Source: Lepidodermella squamata
Lineage: Eukaryota; Animalia; Gastrotricha
NCBI GenBank assembly: GCA_047495785.1
Contig: JBLDXI010000015.1
Span: forward strand, 4,712,001 to 4,776,000
DNA length: 64,000 nucleotides
Reading direction: 5' to 3'
Made by a program: the position numbers and the translations under genes. Positions 22,686-34,566 of this stretch are shown here, in pieces. The notes under the pieces were generated by a model. That model was not told where the DNA came from. It saw nothing but the letters and a program-made list of their open reading frames with translations, and searched no databases. Position 1 is the first letter of the stretch. Each line of letters starts with the position of its first letter.

Positions 22686-24383
22686 ATGCAGCGATCAGTG
22701 TTGTGGCTGCTTCTGTTTCATTTTCTTTCCTTTGCTCATGGCAGCTTTGTGACCAAAGTTGGCGATGACGTGAAGGAGTTTCAACGGTTATTGAAATTGC
22801 GTACTAATGTACTTGTTGTTGTGACTAAAACCGCCAGCGATTTGAGTCGCGACTTCACCCTAGTTTTGGAGGATGCTGCCAAAGAAATGAAAGGAATAGC
22901 GGACATTGTTACCGTCAACTGTTTTGAAGCAAAGAAGGTGTGCAAAAAGTTCAAATTTGAGCCGTTCAAAATGGACATCAAGCACTTCCACAATGGGCAG
23001 TTCAACAAAGACTACGACCGAGCCTTGAAAACCAAGTCGATTATCACTTTTCTCAAGAGTCCCCAAGAAGAGGCACCATGGTCGGAAGACATCGGAGCAA
23101 GAGACGTCATTCATATCGATGAAGCCAAGGAGTTGATGGCAGTTTTTAAGCGTGAAACTAAACGACAAATACTACTGATGTTTTACACGCCATGGTGTGG
23201 TCACTGCAAGGTGTGCTCTTTAGCGTGACTAGTGATTTCCATAGCCTAGTGTGTTTTATTTTTATTAGAAAATGAAGCCTGAATTTGCATCTGCTGCGAC
23301 AATGTTGAAGAAGGAGGTCGTATTTGTCGGCATCGATTGTCAAAAGGCTGAGAACTATCCTCTCCAACAGGGCTTCAACGTTTCTGGCTATCCTACTATT
23401 TTGCTCATGAAAAATGGAGATTTGGCAGGCCGTTACGCTGGTGGGCACAACCGCGAAGAGCTGATCGATTGGCTTCAGCATCCAGAAAAGCAGTCTATCA
23501 ACCCCGAACCTCCTACGCCTCCCGCTGAAGAAAAATGGGAAAGTGAAAACGTCGATTTCTTGGGTTCGAGCAATTTCGACTCATACATGGGTTCTAACCC
23601 GTCAGTGTTAATAATGTTTTATGCGCCTTGGTGTGGCCATTGTAAGGTGAATTACTGTCACTCATAATTGCGAAGATTCACTCAATTTTCTTCGTTTTCT
23701 TCTGCAGCGCTTAAAGCCCGAGTACGAAGAAGCAGCGAAAGTTGTGTCTGGTCGACTGGCTGCTGTGGATGCTACAAAGGAAGCTGCACTCGCTAAGAAA
23801 TTCAAAGTGACTGGTTATCCTACTCTGAAGTACTTTGCCGGCGGCGAGTATCAGTACGATGTTCACTTCCGTAGCAAGGATGAAATTGTTAAATTCATGG
23901 CTAATCCTCAAGAACCCCCGAAAGAGCCCGAAAATGACGGCTGGGAGAATGATCCTGAAGTCCTCGATTCTAATGGCAAGAGCCCGATAGAGTTTTTGGA
24001 CGACGAAAATTTCCAGTCTATTCTAAAGAAGAAAAAACACAGCATAGTTATTTTCTACGCACCTTGGTGTGGACACTGGTAAATATCGCCTCAAGTTAAT
24101 GCATCTTGTTTTACTAATTCGTGCTCTTTTTAGCAAAGCTGCGAAGCCTGCTTTCGCTAAAGCTGCGAAGGCCTTTTCCAACAATCCCAAAGTAGCGTTC
24201 GCTGCTATTGATTGCACCAAATCGCAAGTTGCCTGCAAGGAGCATGACGTTCGTGGCTTCCCAACAATTATATCGTTTTCTTATGGAAAAAACCCGGCCC
24301 CCTATGAGGGACAACGAGACGCAGATGCTTTCATTAAATTTATGAACTCTCAAATTGATCTAAATCAAAAATCGGAACTCTAA
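22686..24383 (+). CDS. PDIA5: Protein disulfide-isomerase A5 (PDIR), 4 exons
   Basis: Signal peptide, N-terminal non-catalytic domain (HFHNGQFNKDYDR), three WCGHC thioredoxin domains, C-terminal KSEL ER-retention signal. Confidence 0.88.
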
Positions 24384-24834
24384 TTATTTTGTAAATTGTA
24401 AATATATGTAATCTATTCTGTGCTGAGCACAACCATGTGATAAGCACTTAGCACTCGCACGTACACGCTCAATTTGTGACTTGGCCCAGCCTAGCTAAAG
24501 CGCCATATTTCTCTACTGCTATAATCATTGCCAAAGTTTGACAATCATCAACGGTGGTTTTGTGTTCTGGTTTGTTGCGATTGCGGCCGTTTTTTGTGTG
24601 GATTTTCTGCTGCTGCCTTGACTCATTTTTTTTTGGTTTCGGGATAGCAATAATCTGAATTTATGATATTACCGATTTTTGGTCGGCTTGGTCGCACACA
24701 TCGAATAGTCACGCATGTGCAATACGGTTCATTCCCATGTTCTTGTCTTTTCGTTCTTGATTCAATGCCGAAATAAGATCATATAAGCATCTTTCACGCT
24801 TTCTCTAATTCTAGGTGTTATTGAATGAATTTCC

Positions 24835-25431
24835 ATGGAAAATTCAGCGTTTGTTGACGAAGCTTCCCAAGGAAGTTCGAAGCCTCCACCTTATCCTGGC
24901 GCCTCCACTTCAGACTCGGCTGGTGGCCCTGAAAATGCGCCACCTTGTTACCCTCCTCCACCTTATTTCCTAGCGACAAATGGATTGAATGTGGAGGGCT
25001 TATCGCCTGGATATGAGCAATTTAACAATGGTCAACAGCAAGGACAAATGCCTATTCGGTTTTACTTCGATGAAAACGGCCAACCAGTCTCGCTGCAACC
25101 TGGCGTTCAAGTCGTAGTAGTCGAAACTGCTAATCAGCCATACATGATTGCAACTCAGTTGGACCCGGAATCACAGCATCTGAGATGCGTAGCCTTGCCA
25201 ATGGCTATCGTGTCTCTTTTCATCGGCTCGTTGTGCTGTTCGATTCCAGCGCTGGTTTTCGCATGTAAACGCCACGGGACACGCTCAGATTACCGAACCT
25301 CACTCATTCTCAGCGGTGTCGCAATCGGCATCGGGATTGTCGCGGCAATATGGGTCGGCATGCAGCTGGCAACTTACGCCAACTACCACCACGGCGGGAT
25401 TGGTGGCAGCTCATCGTCGACGCCTTGGTGA
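24835..25431 (+). CDS. Proline-rich CD225/dispanin-like membrane protein, single coding exon
   Basis: PPPY motifs; SLFIGSLCCSIPALVFA and LILSGVAIGIGIV hydrophobic segments. Confidence 0.65.
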   Translation: MENSAFVDEASQGSSKPPPYPGASTSDSAGGPENAPPCYPPPPYFLATNGLNVEGLSPGYEQFNNGQQQGQMPIRFYFDENGQPVSLQPGVQVVVVETANQPYMIATQLDPESQHLRCVALPMAIVSLFIGSLCCSIPALVFACKRHGTRSDYRTSLILSGVAIGIGIVAAIWVGMQLATYANYHHGGIGGSSSSTPW

Positions 25432-26979
25432 AAGTGCCAACATCGCAATGATGCGTTCCTTTCGTTTGTTCTCACATGGTGCGCGTTCGCATGTATGCGT
25501 GTGTTGTTTTTCCCTATTTTTTGCGAACACATTTTACTACGAAGCGCTAGTGCACGGTCTAATAGCAATATACTATTATTAGTCCTATGGAGAAAGAGTT
25601 TATACCCACGAGTTTTGTTGATGCATAGCCTGCTCAGTCTTGTTGGCAGCAGTGTAATACTACAACTGTGTGTGGTAGTAGCGTTTTTAGCCATATGCAG
25701 TGTAGCCTCATGATGTTGTTTGTTGAATTGTGCAGCTGCTATGTCCTGTGTCGTGCCTTTAACTCGCACATGGATGTATATGCGCTGCGGCCATTTGGCT
25801 TTGATAACGACGATGCGGCTGTTCTCTCGCGTCTCTCGTTTTTCCTTCCTCTATTTCTACAATTATTTAATATTGTTATTCATCACCAGTCGAAGGATTC
25901 ATAACGAGCCTGACACAAAAATTTGTTACGGTTGTGACTGTTAAATCACCCTTTTATCAGACTTTTCCTCTAATCTCGGTGTTGATCTTGATGATGGAGT
26001 CTAAAAATGACCCGCTTTCTTATTCTTCTCTCATTTCCACGAGCTATTATTATTTTATTATATTTTTTACAATTTGGGAAGAATGAATGATGATTAATTT
26101 TTCAAGATGATTAATTTTGTTCAAAATTTTTTTTATAGGAATTTTGATAACTGCTAATATTTATTGGTCGTCATCAGTCGGCGCTATCAGCCATAAGATA
26201 AGCAGAATTCTTGTAAAAGGTGAGTCTGTTGTTTTCAAATTGTTTTTTTTAACGTGTCTCGTGTCTGTCTCCCATTGATTTGACCGGCTTCTCGATGAAT
26301 GAATAGCTCGTCGTCACCGTGTTGTGTTTTGCGAATATACGCGCAAACAAACTGAGCGGGTATTGAGATGCTAGAGTATAATGTAGTAGTATCTAGCGCT
26401 AGAGTATCCTCCTTTTTGCTGCGAGTAAGCTCGATGCTTATCGAACGCCATATGCGAGCCTGCATTGAAGTCTGCATAGAAAACACGCGCGAATGAATCA
26501 CACTGACGGACTTGCAGCTAATAATAGTATGCTGCTGCTGCCACGAGGGCGCAGCAGCATAATACGCAGTAATGATATTACTATTTGCCTGCGTACGATG
26601 AGTTGGCGGCCTAGGCAGCTGCAGCAGCAGTGTTTTCTTGATCGTCTGCGAGCGTTGCCCCACTGCTCGTTGGTTATCTGAGCTCTATGTTCTTTGTGCC
26701 AGCAGCCAAGTAGTGCATTCTTAGTACTTGCTGCAAAGAAGTTGCCTGTTGGGTCGAGGACCAGCAGATAAAGCCGCATTATTCTTCGTAATAACACGAT
26801 AATGATGATGATTATCGCCTTATCACGCTGCTCCGATACTGTTATTTCTGTCTCTTTATTTAAGGCGACCGTAAATAATGATAACAATGAATAACGCTAA
26901 AAAAGAATAAAACATGCGCCTTAATTTTTAAATTTTTTTTATTATTTTTCGTCTAGAAATAGATAAAGCTTAACGAAAC

Positions 26980-28166
26980 ATGGAAAAGCAGCAAGACTCA
27001 CCGCCCGCAATCCTCTGTCGTGCCGGTTGCGGCTTCTTCGGGCACCAGGCGTTCGAAAACTACTGCTCCAAATGCTATCACAGCCATCAACGGCAGATGC
27101 AGGCGCAACAGCAGGCAGTCGCTTCCTCTGGACCGGTGGCTAACTCGTCGCGCGACGCCCTCGCCTCGTCATCCTCATCAGCTTCTCTCTCTTCGTCCTC
27201 CTCTCACAACTTCGCTTCATCGACAACTACTTCGCTTTCAGCGTCTCAAAGTATATAAATAACCTAGTTTTTATTATTTTCAAGAACAGGAAGTGTGGTT
27301 GTAGTTTTTTCTATTGATCGCCGTCTAGGGATTACTTCATTGTTTTAACGCATCGTTTTCTTTTTTTCTAGCCGAAACAACTTCCACGGCAGCCGCCAAT
27401 CCTAGCAACTCACTTTCATCGACTTCAGAACCCGTCTCGATCCCTGCTCCATCATCTTCGTCCACATCTGCAGATGTGGCCATGCTCGGTACTTCTCCTG
27501 CCGATGAATTGAATCCTGCTGGTAAGCTGAATTTATTTTTGCTATTTATTTCAAATTAGATTATTTAACTGGAATCCGATTTACCGATTTACCGTACTAC
27601 CCTACAGCAACCATGTCTTGGTTGGATATGAGCCAGAGGTCAGGGACGGAAATGATAGCCATGGCTTGTAAGATGAATCATCTTGCAATGGCTCTGAAAT
27701 TAGTTCAAATTTATGTATTTTTGACCTTGTAATTTTTGGAAAATAAGACCCTTGAGGAAAACATCTGTCCTACCGCAATACAAGCCATGGCTTTGAACCG
27801 ATCAAGATATGCCTAAAACCGACTGTGTTGATACTCCCTTGATATGGTAGATTTTGGGAAAAATTTAAATACCACCCATGATTTATTCTAGTTATGAGAT
27901 CTAAAATCGATTTTAACTGGTGTATTTTCTGTTGTATAGTGGCATCTCCGAACGGCAGCGCTACCAAGGCGCCCCGCCGCTGCGTCGTTTGCAACAAGCG
28001 AACCGGTTTAACAGGCTTCGAGTGCCGTGGCTGTTCGGGCTGGCACTGTACAGAGCATCGCTACCCCGACAAGCACGCTTGTCCCTTCGACTACAAAACC
28101 GCTGATCGGGAGCGTTTACGACGCGACAACCCGGCCGTCATCGGCGAAAAGATTCAAAAAATTTGA
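26980..28166 (+). CDS. ZFAND5: A20/AN1 zinc-finger protein (ZFAND5/6 type), 3 coding exons
   Basis: A20 finger LCRAGCGFFG...NYCSKC; Ser-rich linker; AN1 finger RCVVCNKRTGLTGFECR...HRYPDKHACPFDYK...NPAVIGEKIQKI. ZFAND5 and ZFAND6 cannot be distinguished. Confidence 0.9.
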
Positions 28167-31100
28167 GGCCACTCGTGAAGCTAGCTACACCTACATAATA
28201 AATAATAATAATTAATAATAATAGCAAAATCTATAATTCTTGAATGTCATCTGTGTGTGTGTGTGCGAACGGATCGGCGCTCGTCTCGCTCGCTAGACCG
28301 GCACGCTCTGAGTTTTTCATTCTGCTTCATCTCTGCTACTTTGAACCTGATATAAAGCAACCGTGATTAGTTTCTACTATCATCGTGTCATCCGTCCACC
28401 ATCGTGTCAGAGTGAAATATCTCATCGGCCTCACCCCACAAACTTATTCAAGCGAAATCGCGCAGAAGTTTGACACTCTGTCTACCAACCAGCAGTTGCG
28501 TCCGATGACCGAAAGCCGCAAAGTGGTTGTCTCGTCCTCCTTGTGCAAGGCGAGTCAGCGCGCCGTTTTCCGCCGCCACAGAAATATTTTCTTCTCTTGG
28601 TTTTCTAACAAACTTCTATTAAAACTTGTCACTACAAAGCTAATTATAATAATATGGTTTTCTTGTTTTTTTTGTAAATTATTGTACAAAATAGTGTACG
28701 ATGTTTTGCGCGTTTACGATAATAGTAATAATATAATATCTCACTACGAATTGTAAAAGATTGCAAAAACTGTATAGTCACACCTTTTCCGCGCGATTAC
28801 GTAAACTCCTTCAAATAAAATTCAATTATGTGCCTTTTTTAAACTAATTTTTGCCGTCTGAAAATCTAACTTTAACAGAAATAGCTTAGCACCTATTTGC
28901 CCTGATTAATTTCTACTTATAACGATCATATTGAAAAATTACTGGTGATTATTATAAACAATTCGTTGAGTTATACAATTATACTGTTAAGCCATTTGCG
29001 ACGGGGTCCTCGATCACATTTATCGCCACCTTCATTCATTTACTGGGTTTGCTGATGTGCGTATTCATGATGAAAGCAATCATTCTTATAGCTGACCGTT
29101 GAATAATAAGTGCGACGACTGATGCAGCCAGCCATCCATCTATCTGAGCTTAAGTTTTAGGCAAATTTCTATGTCTACAAGCGTTTCCTCTCGCTGAACA
29201 CAAACGCGTAGTTGTTGTTGCTGATCTTAAATAAATCGCTATATACACTATTATCTACTGGTCTTCATTTGATTAGTGGACTTAATGATAAAGATAATAA
29301 TAATAACGTTGTTGCTTTTCTCTCTATATCTTTCATTCAGTTGTTGTATATTTTCCTTGATAATTTCTCGCCGGCTTCTCTCTTATGATGTACCTAGGAA
29401 TGACAAATCGATTTGAATTTACCACTGTCATGTGAGTGGAGTGTGAATCGCCGTACATAATAGATTTGGCTCCAGTTTTTATTCAATGCACACACGTGGA
29501 AAACGCGCACCTGAAAAAGAGTAGGTATCAATTTCATCAGCAGCCCCAAGAGCTGCGGGCAAAATGCACTCGACAAGCAGCGTGTACGTGTGTGCCTGCT
29601 GCTCGGCGGTGAATATAAGCCCACGAATATTAGCATTTTTGCGTGTGTGTAATGAATGACCGACCAAGTAACCAGCTAATGGTTACGATATCACAAAATA
29701 ATATAGAATTGATAATACCCATGTTACCATTTACAACTCAATATGCAAAAACAAGCGCGTTTTGATATAAATGAAAATCTGAAGGAAACGAACTACACAC
29801 CTAAATGGTCTGTTTCGTGCTATTTTCTCGCCCTTATCATCATGTTCGTCTAATACGCATCGGCATCGGCATCCGTTATTCATGTAAATTTGTAATAATT
29901 AGTTGAAAAAATCAATTACGCTCTTTTTGTTGCTTTTGGTACGTAGTAGTTGATGATATGAAAGAAACTGATGGTACAATGATAATATCCTCTCTGTTCT
30001 GTTGATATACAACTACTCTGTATAGAGGATCTATGATATTTAAGCCGATCGTGTAAAATCCGTAATTTCAATCGCACGCTACAGTTGGGTTAAGGTGTTT
30101 GCACTTGCTCTCTCATCAGAACATACCATCCATCATCCTCCTCATCCTCTAAAAAATTACTGCACCCTGTAGTAGGCGTCTCAATTATTAAATGCTATAT
30201 ACATATTCATACGATATCGCAATTCATTAACTATTGCTAAAACTGAAAACTGTGTGTATGTGTGAAATTGAGCCTCCGAAATATTATATACCGCCGCTAT
30301 ACAGGACAGATGAATGTATTTAAAGAAAGTTAAAATGTTGTATCACTCTATGATAGCATTAACAACTTCTGATTAAAGTGTCTACACCGGCCTTCGCAGC
30401 AGTTGTCATCTACTTTGAGTTATCACAATACTTCACTCCCATCTTGAAATATTATCAGTGCTGTATCCGTGCGCGCTGTACTCGCTCATTGAAAGTGTGC
30501 GCCACGAATCGATTTCTCGTGGCTGATTGCGGTCGATTGATGACGATTTGACGCGATTCAAAATAATGTTGGTCGACATGCTTTCTTTGTGTGCTTTTAC
30601 ATGCGTTTGTACTTCATCTACAAAACAATAGACACGATACTTCTATTACTACTACTGCATTACATACTGGCTCTTGATGATAATTAACAAGTGATGATAA
30701 TGATGATGGTAAAATACGCGATGATTTTGGTGGAGTTTCACACCCACACAAGACAAGTAAACAAGTGGACAAGAAACAAATAAAATTTTGCTTCATTCCT
30801 TCAAAAATATCGCGTGTTGTTTTTATCGGATATTTTCCCTACTGATGCAGTGATCGGCAGACATGTAAATACGCTTTGCCGTTGGAAAATAATAATAATT
30901 GGGGATATATAGTATTTTGGGCTGTATATCCTGAGCCAACACCGAGCCTGCTCCAAGAGCAAATAGTACACGAATTGACAAACAAGTAATCGATTGCAAT
31001 CCAGCCCTCGCAGGTAGCACTCGCCAGGTGCCCGCGAGCGAGCGAGCGTGATCTCGGGCAATAAAACCGTAAGACACTGCGCATATGTGCCACCGATGGT

Positions 31101-31172
31101 GCATCACCTTGATGATGAGCTGCCGTAAGTCAGCGGCCGCGTATTCCCAGTGCTCGTAACGATTAAACGATC

Positions 31173-32217
31173 ATGAGCACAACTACTAAGCGCAGCGATT
31201 ATAACGTTCCGTTTGAGTGGTCGACTGACCCCGCCGAGGCGCAAAACCACCCGCTATTGACATCGAACGCCCAACATTCGTACACCAGCCACAGCCGGTA
31301 CGAGGACAACAAGTTCGCATTCGACCGTCGCCAACCTAGGCGATACTACTATCTGACCAGCAGATTTTTCTGGCTTCTCGTTCTTGCTGTCGTCTTCATT
31401 TGTAAGACAATTGACTCTCAAAAGTTGTTACTATGACCTAACCTTTTTAGCAGCATGTTTTTTGCTTGTGGCGGGGTTGGCAGCAATCGCGGCGTCGGCT
31501 GAGTCAGCAGCGAAAGAGCCTAGTCGCTATCGTCATCTACCGAGATCAGCCAATCACCACAAAGAACTGATCTTATCTTCGAACACAGCGAAGCCTCCGG
31601 GACTTCTTCCTCATCATAATAAAAGAAGTTACAGACATCAAATCCGCCGCAATCATATTAAAAAGCTGATCGAGAGGAGGCGCAATATGGTTATTTCGAA
31701 TTTTCTGAAATTTTCTGAAAAATGTTTGCTTCCTTTTTAGACGATGGCTCATAAGAATGCTGCAAATTGGTGGGTTCAAAACAGGAAGCACCTTGCTCAG
31801 ATGGCAGCTCAACATTCCTTACCCACTCGACCTAAGCCAGCCATGAAGCCAGCGTTTACCCCAGCGCCAATCGTCGCTCCCCCGTTGGCGAATCGTTTAG
31901 TGGCCCCTAATCACCCTCCAGTAAAAACGGCCACCCAGCCGAGACCTAGGCCGGCTGATAACGCCGTGAAATCAATCATTACACCCCATCGACAGGCGGG
32001 TCCTACTGGCGTGAATCACGCAGTACGTAATGGAGCATTAACAACGGTGCAGGTTATGGTTGCTCGCAATCGCCGCCTACTGTCCCGTCGACGGGCAGCA
32101 TTGGTAAAGGGAAGGCACAAAACTTTACAGCAAGCAAGTCATCAAGCTTCTGTCAACTCGAATGCGATCAAAGCGAACCAAAATACAGTCAACAAGCCCC
32201 CTCTCACTAAAGGATGA
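31173..32217 (+). CDS. Unrecognised single-pass membrane protein with basic, Pro/His-rich C-terminal region, probably 3 exons
   Basis: ORFs 31173, 31384 and 31744 can be joined through about 50-nt GT-AG introns (about 31401-31450 and 31691-31740); hydrophobic stretch FFWLLVLAVVFI-ACFLLVAGLAAIAA. Confidence 0.5.
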
Positions 32218-32767
32218 ATGTGGTCACAAACTTGTCGACTATCCATCATTTCAAATTCAGGCTGATTTATTTTGTGCAATAAAACTTGGAAAACCATATT
32301 TTGAGCCTGCAGAATGAAAACTCCATAGAACGATTTAGGTTTCAGCGCCACAATTTCAAATGCATTTACTTCTGCACAAAAACTCGCGATCAACTCAGTT
32401 CGATCTTCAATTTTATTCGAAAACATGTGATTTACGTTTAGCTCGATGTGGATCACAAATCGCATCGTAAACGTAAGAGAGATGGCTGGCTGAGTGTCCT
32501 GAAAGCTAAGCGCAGGCTCTCCATCTCCCAAATTGAAACGCAGACGAAGAATCTGAATTACAGCGTTGCAATTGACAACAGGCATAAAACGTAATAGTTT
32601 AGCAGAAGCCTTCGCTTGGACAAATATACGAACACAACAGTCGGCATAAAAAAAATTTGATACAATTTTAATACAACTGACAGAATTTCAAATAAAAGAC
32701 GAGATTGGCGCGATTGCAATTTTTGAATATACTTTAACGTCTCCAAAGACGCAATAATAAACGCCAA

Positions 32768-33306
32768 TCACCACTGCTCCTCGGAACGGCCGAATTTGAA
32801 AATGATACCTCCGATAAAAATAAGAATATTTTGAAGGAAAATCGCAATGCCAGGAAACATTTTGTCCTTAGCGGGAACGACGTAGAGACCAAACAACACC
32901 CAGGTGGCTGAAATTACTGAGCCGAAAGCGAGCAGAAAGCCGATGAATAGCCAAACTCGGGCGCCGGTTGTGCCCATGCAGCCATTGGTGTAGCCGTCGC
33001 CTCGAATTTGGGCCGAGCTCACGGCGTTGATCATCATCAAAGCGACAGTACCCACGGCGCCGCATGTAAAAACCGGGTGAGGCAGGTCGTCCCATTTCGG
33101 GAACTTGAAAAATAAGTAAAAATTAATATCTCGACTGAGATTAGAAAAAGAAACCTCACCTTGACAGCAGCATCAATCATGATCCACCAACCAGCAGTAA
33201 AACAAAGCGAGGCGAAAATGGAGGCGATGCCATTGCGTTTTTCTCTCAACGGAATCGTGCAGCTTTCTGGCAAGATACAGAAACACCTATCGAGGCAGCC
33301 GGACAT
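32768..33306 (-). CDS. TMEM50: Transmembrane protein 50 (UPF0220), 2 exons
   Basis: EKRNGIASI...FTAGWWIMIDAAV, MMINAVS...RGD.Y..GCMG.TGARVWLFIGF, QNILIF...FKFGRSEEQW. Confidence 0.92.
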
Positions 33307-34566
33307 TTCAATGGTTAAATCTCTAAATATATCAAAAATAATGTGATAATAGCATTCGACTCTTTACTTGTTTAGCAAAAACAGAATAACAGTGACTTTC
33401 ATCCGTTATTTCTCATTTCGTCTCTTTACAATAATAATGGTAATAATATTAGTAATAATTTCAATTAATTGTACAAACGCCCTTGATTTAAGTAATCTTT
33501 TCAAGACATAAAATACTTTCAACGCTAAATAATGGTAACGAACGCCAGCCTCTCGAACTGCAAGGCGCACGTGAAAAGAACGGATCTTGGTACATGTACT
33601 AGTTTTACACATGTCGGAATAGTCCATAGTTTTTCATCGAATATGATGTGGAAAAGCGTGGCAGCAATATCAAAATTGTTTCGCGCCCGTTTCACAGACA
33701 CAACAACCACGGGCCATTCAATCAATATATAGGAAGGTAGTCACACTCGAAACGCCACAGGTAGCACAAACCAAAAGAAAAATCTCGAAGCGCGACGAAG
33801 TTAACGAAAGAAAGAACGGTGCCTGTAGCTCTTCGTGGCGCCTGTTTTTACAGAAATGATCGGGTCATCGAAACGAGCACTAACCAAGATTTTACAAATT
33901 AGTCGAGAAAAAAAATATATGCCGACGTCTGAAATTTTCAAATGCCTACAGCAATAATATAGAAAATCGGTACTTGACTAGGGGTCACAAAATCTCGTCC
34001 TAAAATAGTGCTGCGCCAAGTTTAATTGTAATAACACGGTGATAGAATATCACGATTCGAGAAAAACTTTCAAGTCTGCGACTCGACTCGCAGGCGGTGA
34101 ACGAAAAAAGATAGAAAAATCATCTTTCGCGGAGATCAACAGGCAAATAAATCTCCGACCCAATAACCGATATCCAGATCGAAATTTTAACCATGATTTC
34201 AATATACCAGCGCTATTCAATGCCAGACAAGAAACGAGTCACCTACAATTTGTTTCATTTCAATTGATGCATTCAAGTACTAGCGGTTATGAAATAAGCT
34301 GAAATAAAGCACGAGGTGAAAAGAATGTGCGCGTCAATATTGCTTTGCGTGTGAAAAAAATCGCGGGTCAAGGGAGTAAGTTTGTAAGTTCATTTCTTTC
34401 TTTAACTTGGCAAATAAACAAACAAAAATAAGCTACATTTACAATGAATTTGCCAACAATTAATAAGCGGGTCGAAGTGTGTAACGTTAACAAAGAGAGA
34501 GAACTGATGAATAATATTACACGTATTGAACTATACCAGATTTCAATGTTTTATTAGCAGCGAAAA

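Noticed and set aside
25432-30900. Numerous 60-140 aa ORFs and short (AAT)n/(TG)n tracts around ZFAND
   Set aside because: Low-complexity UTR or intergenic sequence with no recognisable domains; the microsatellites are short and ordinary.
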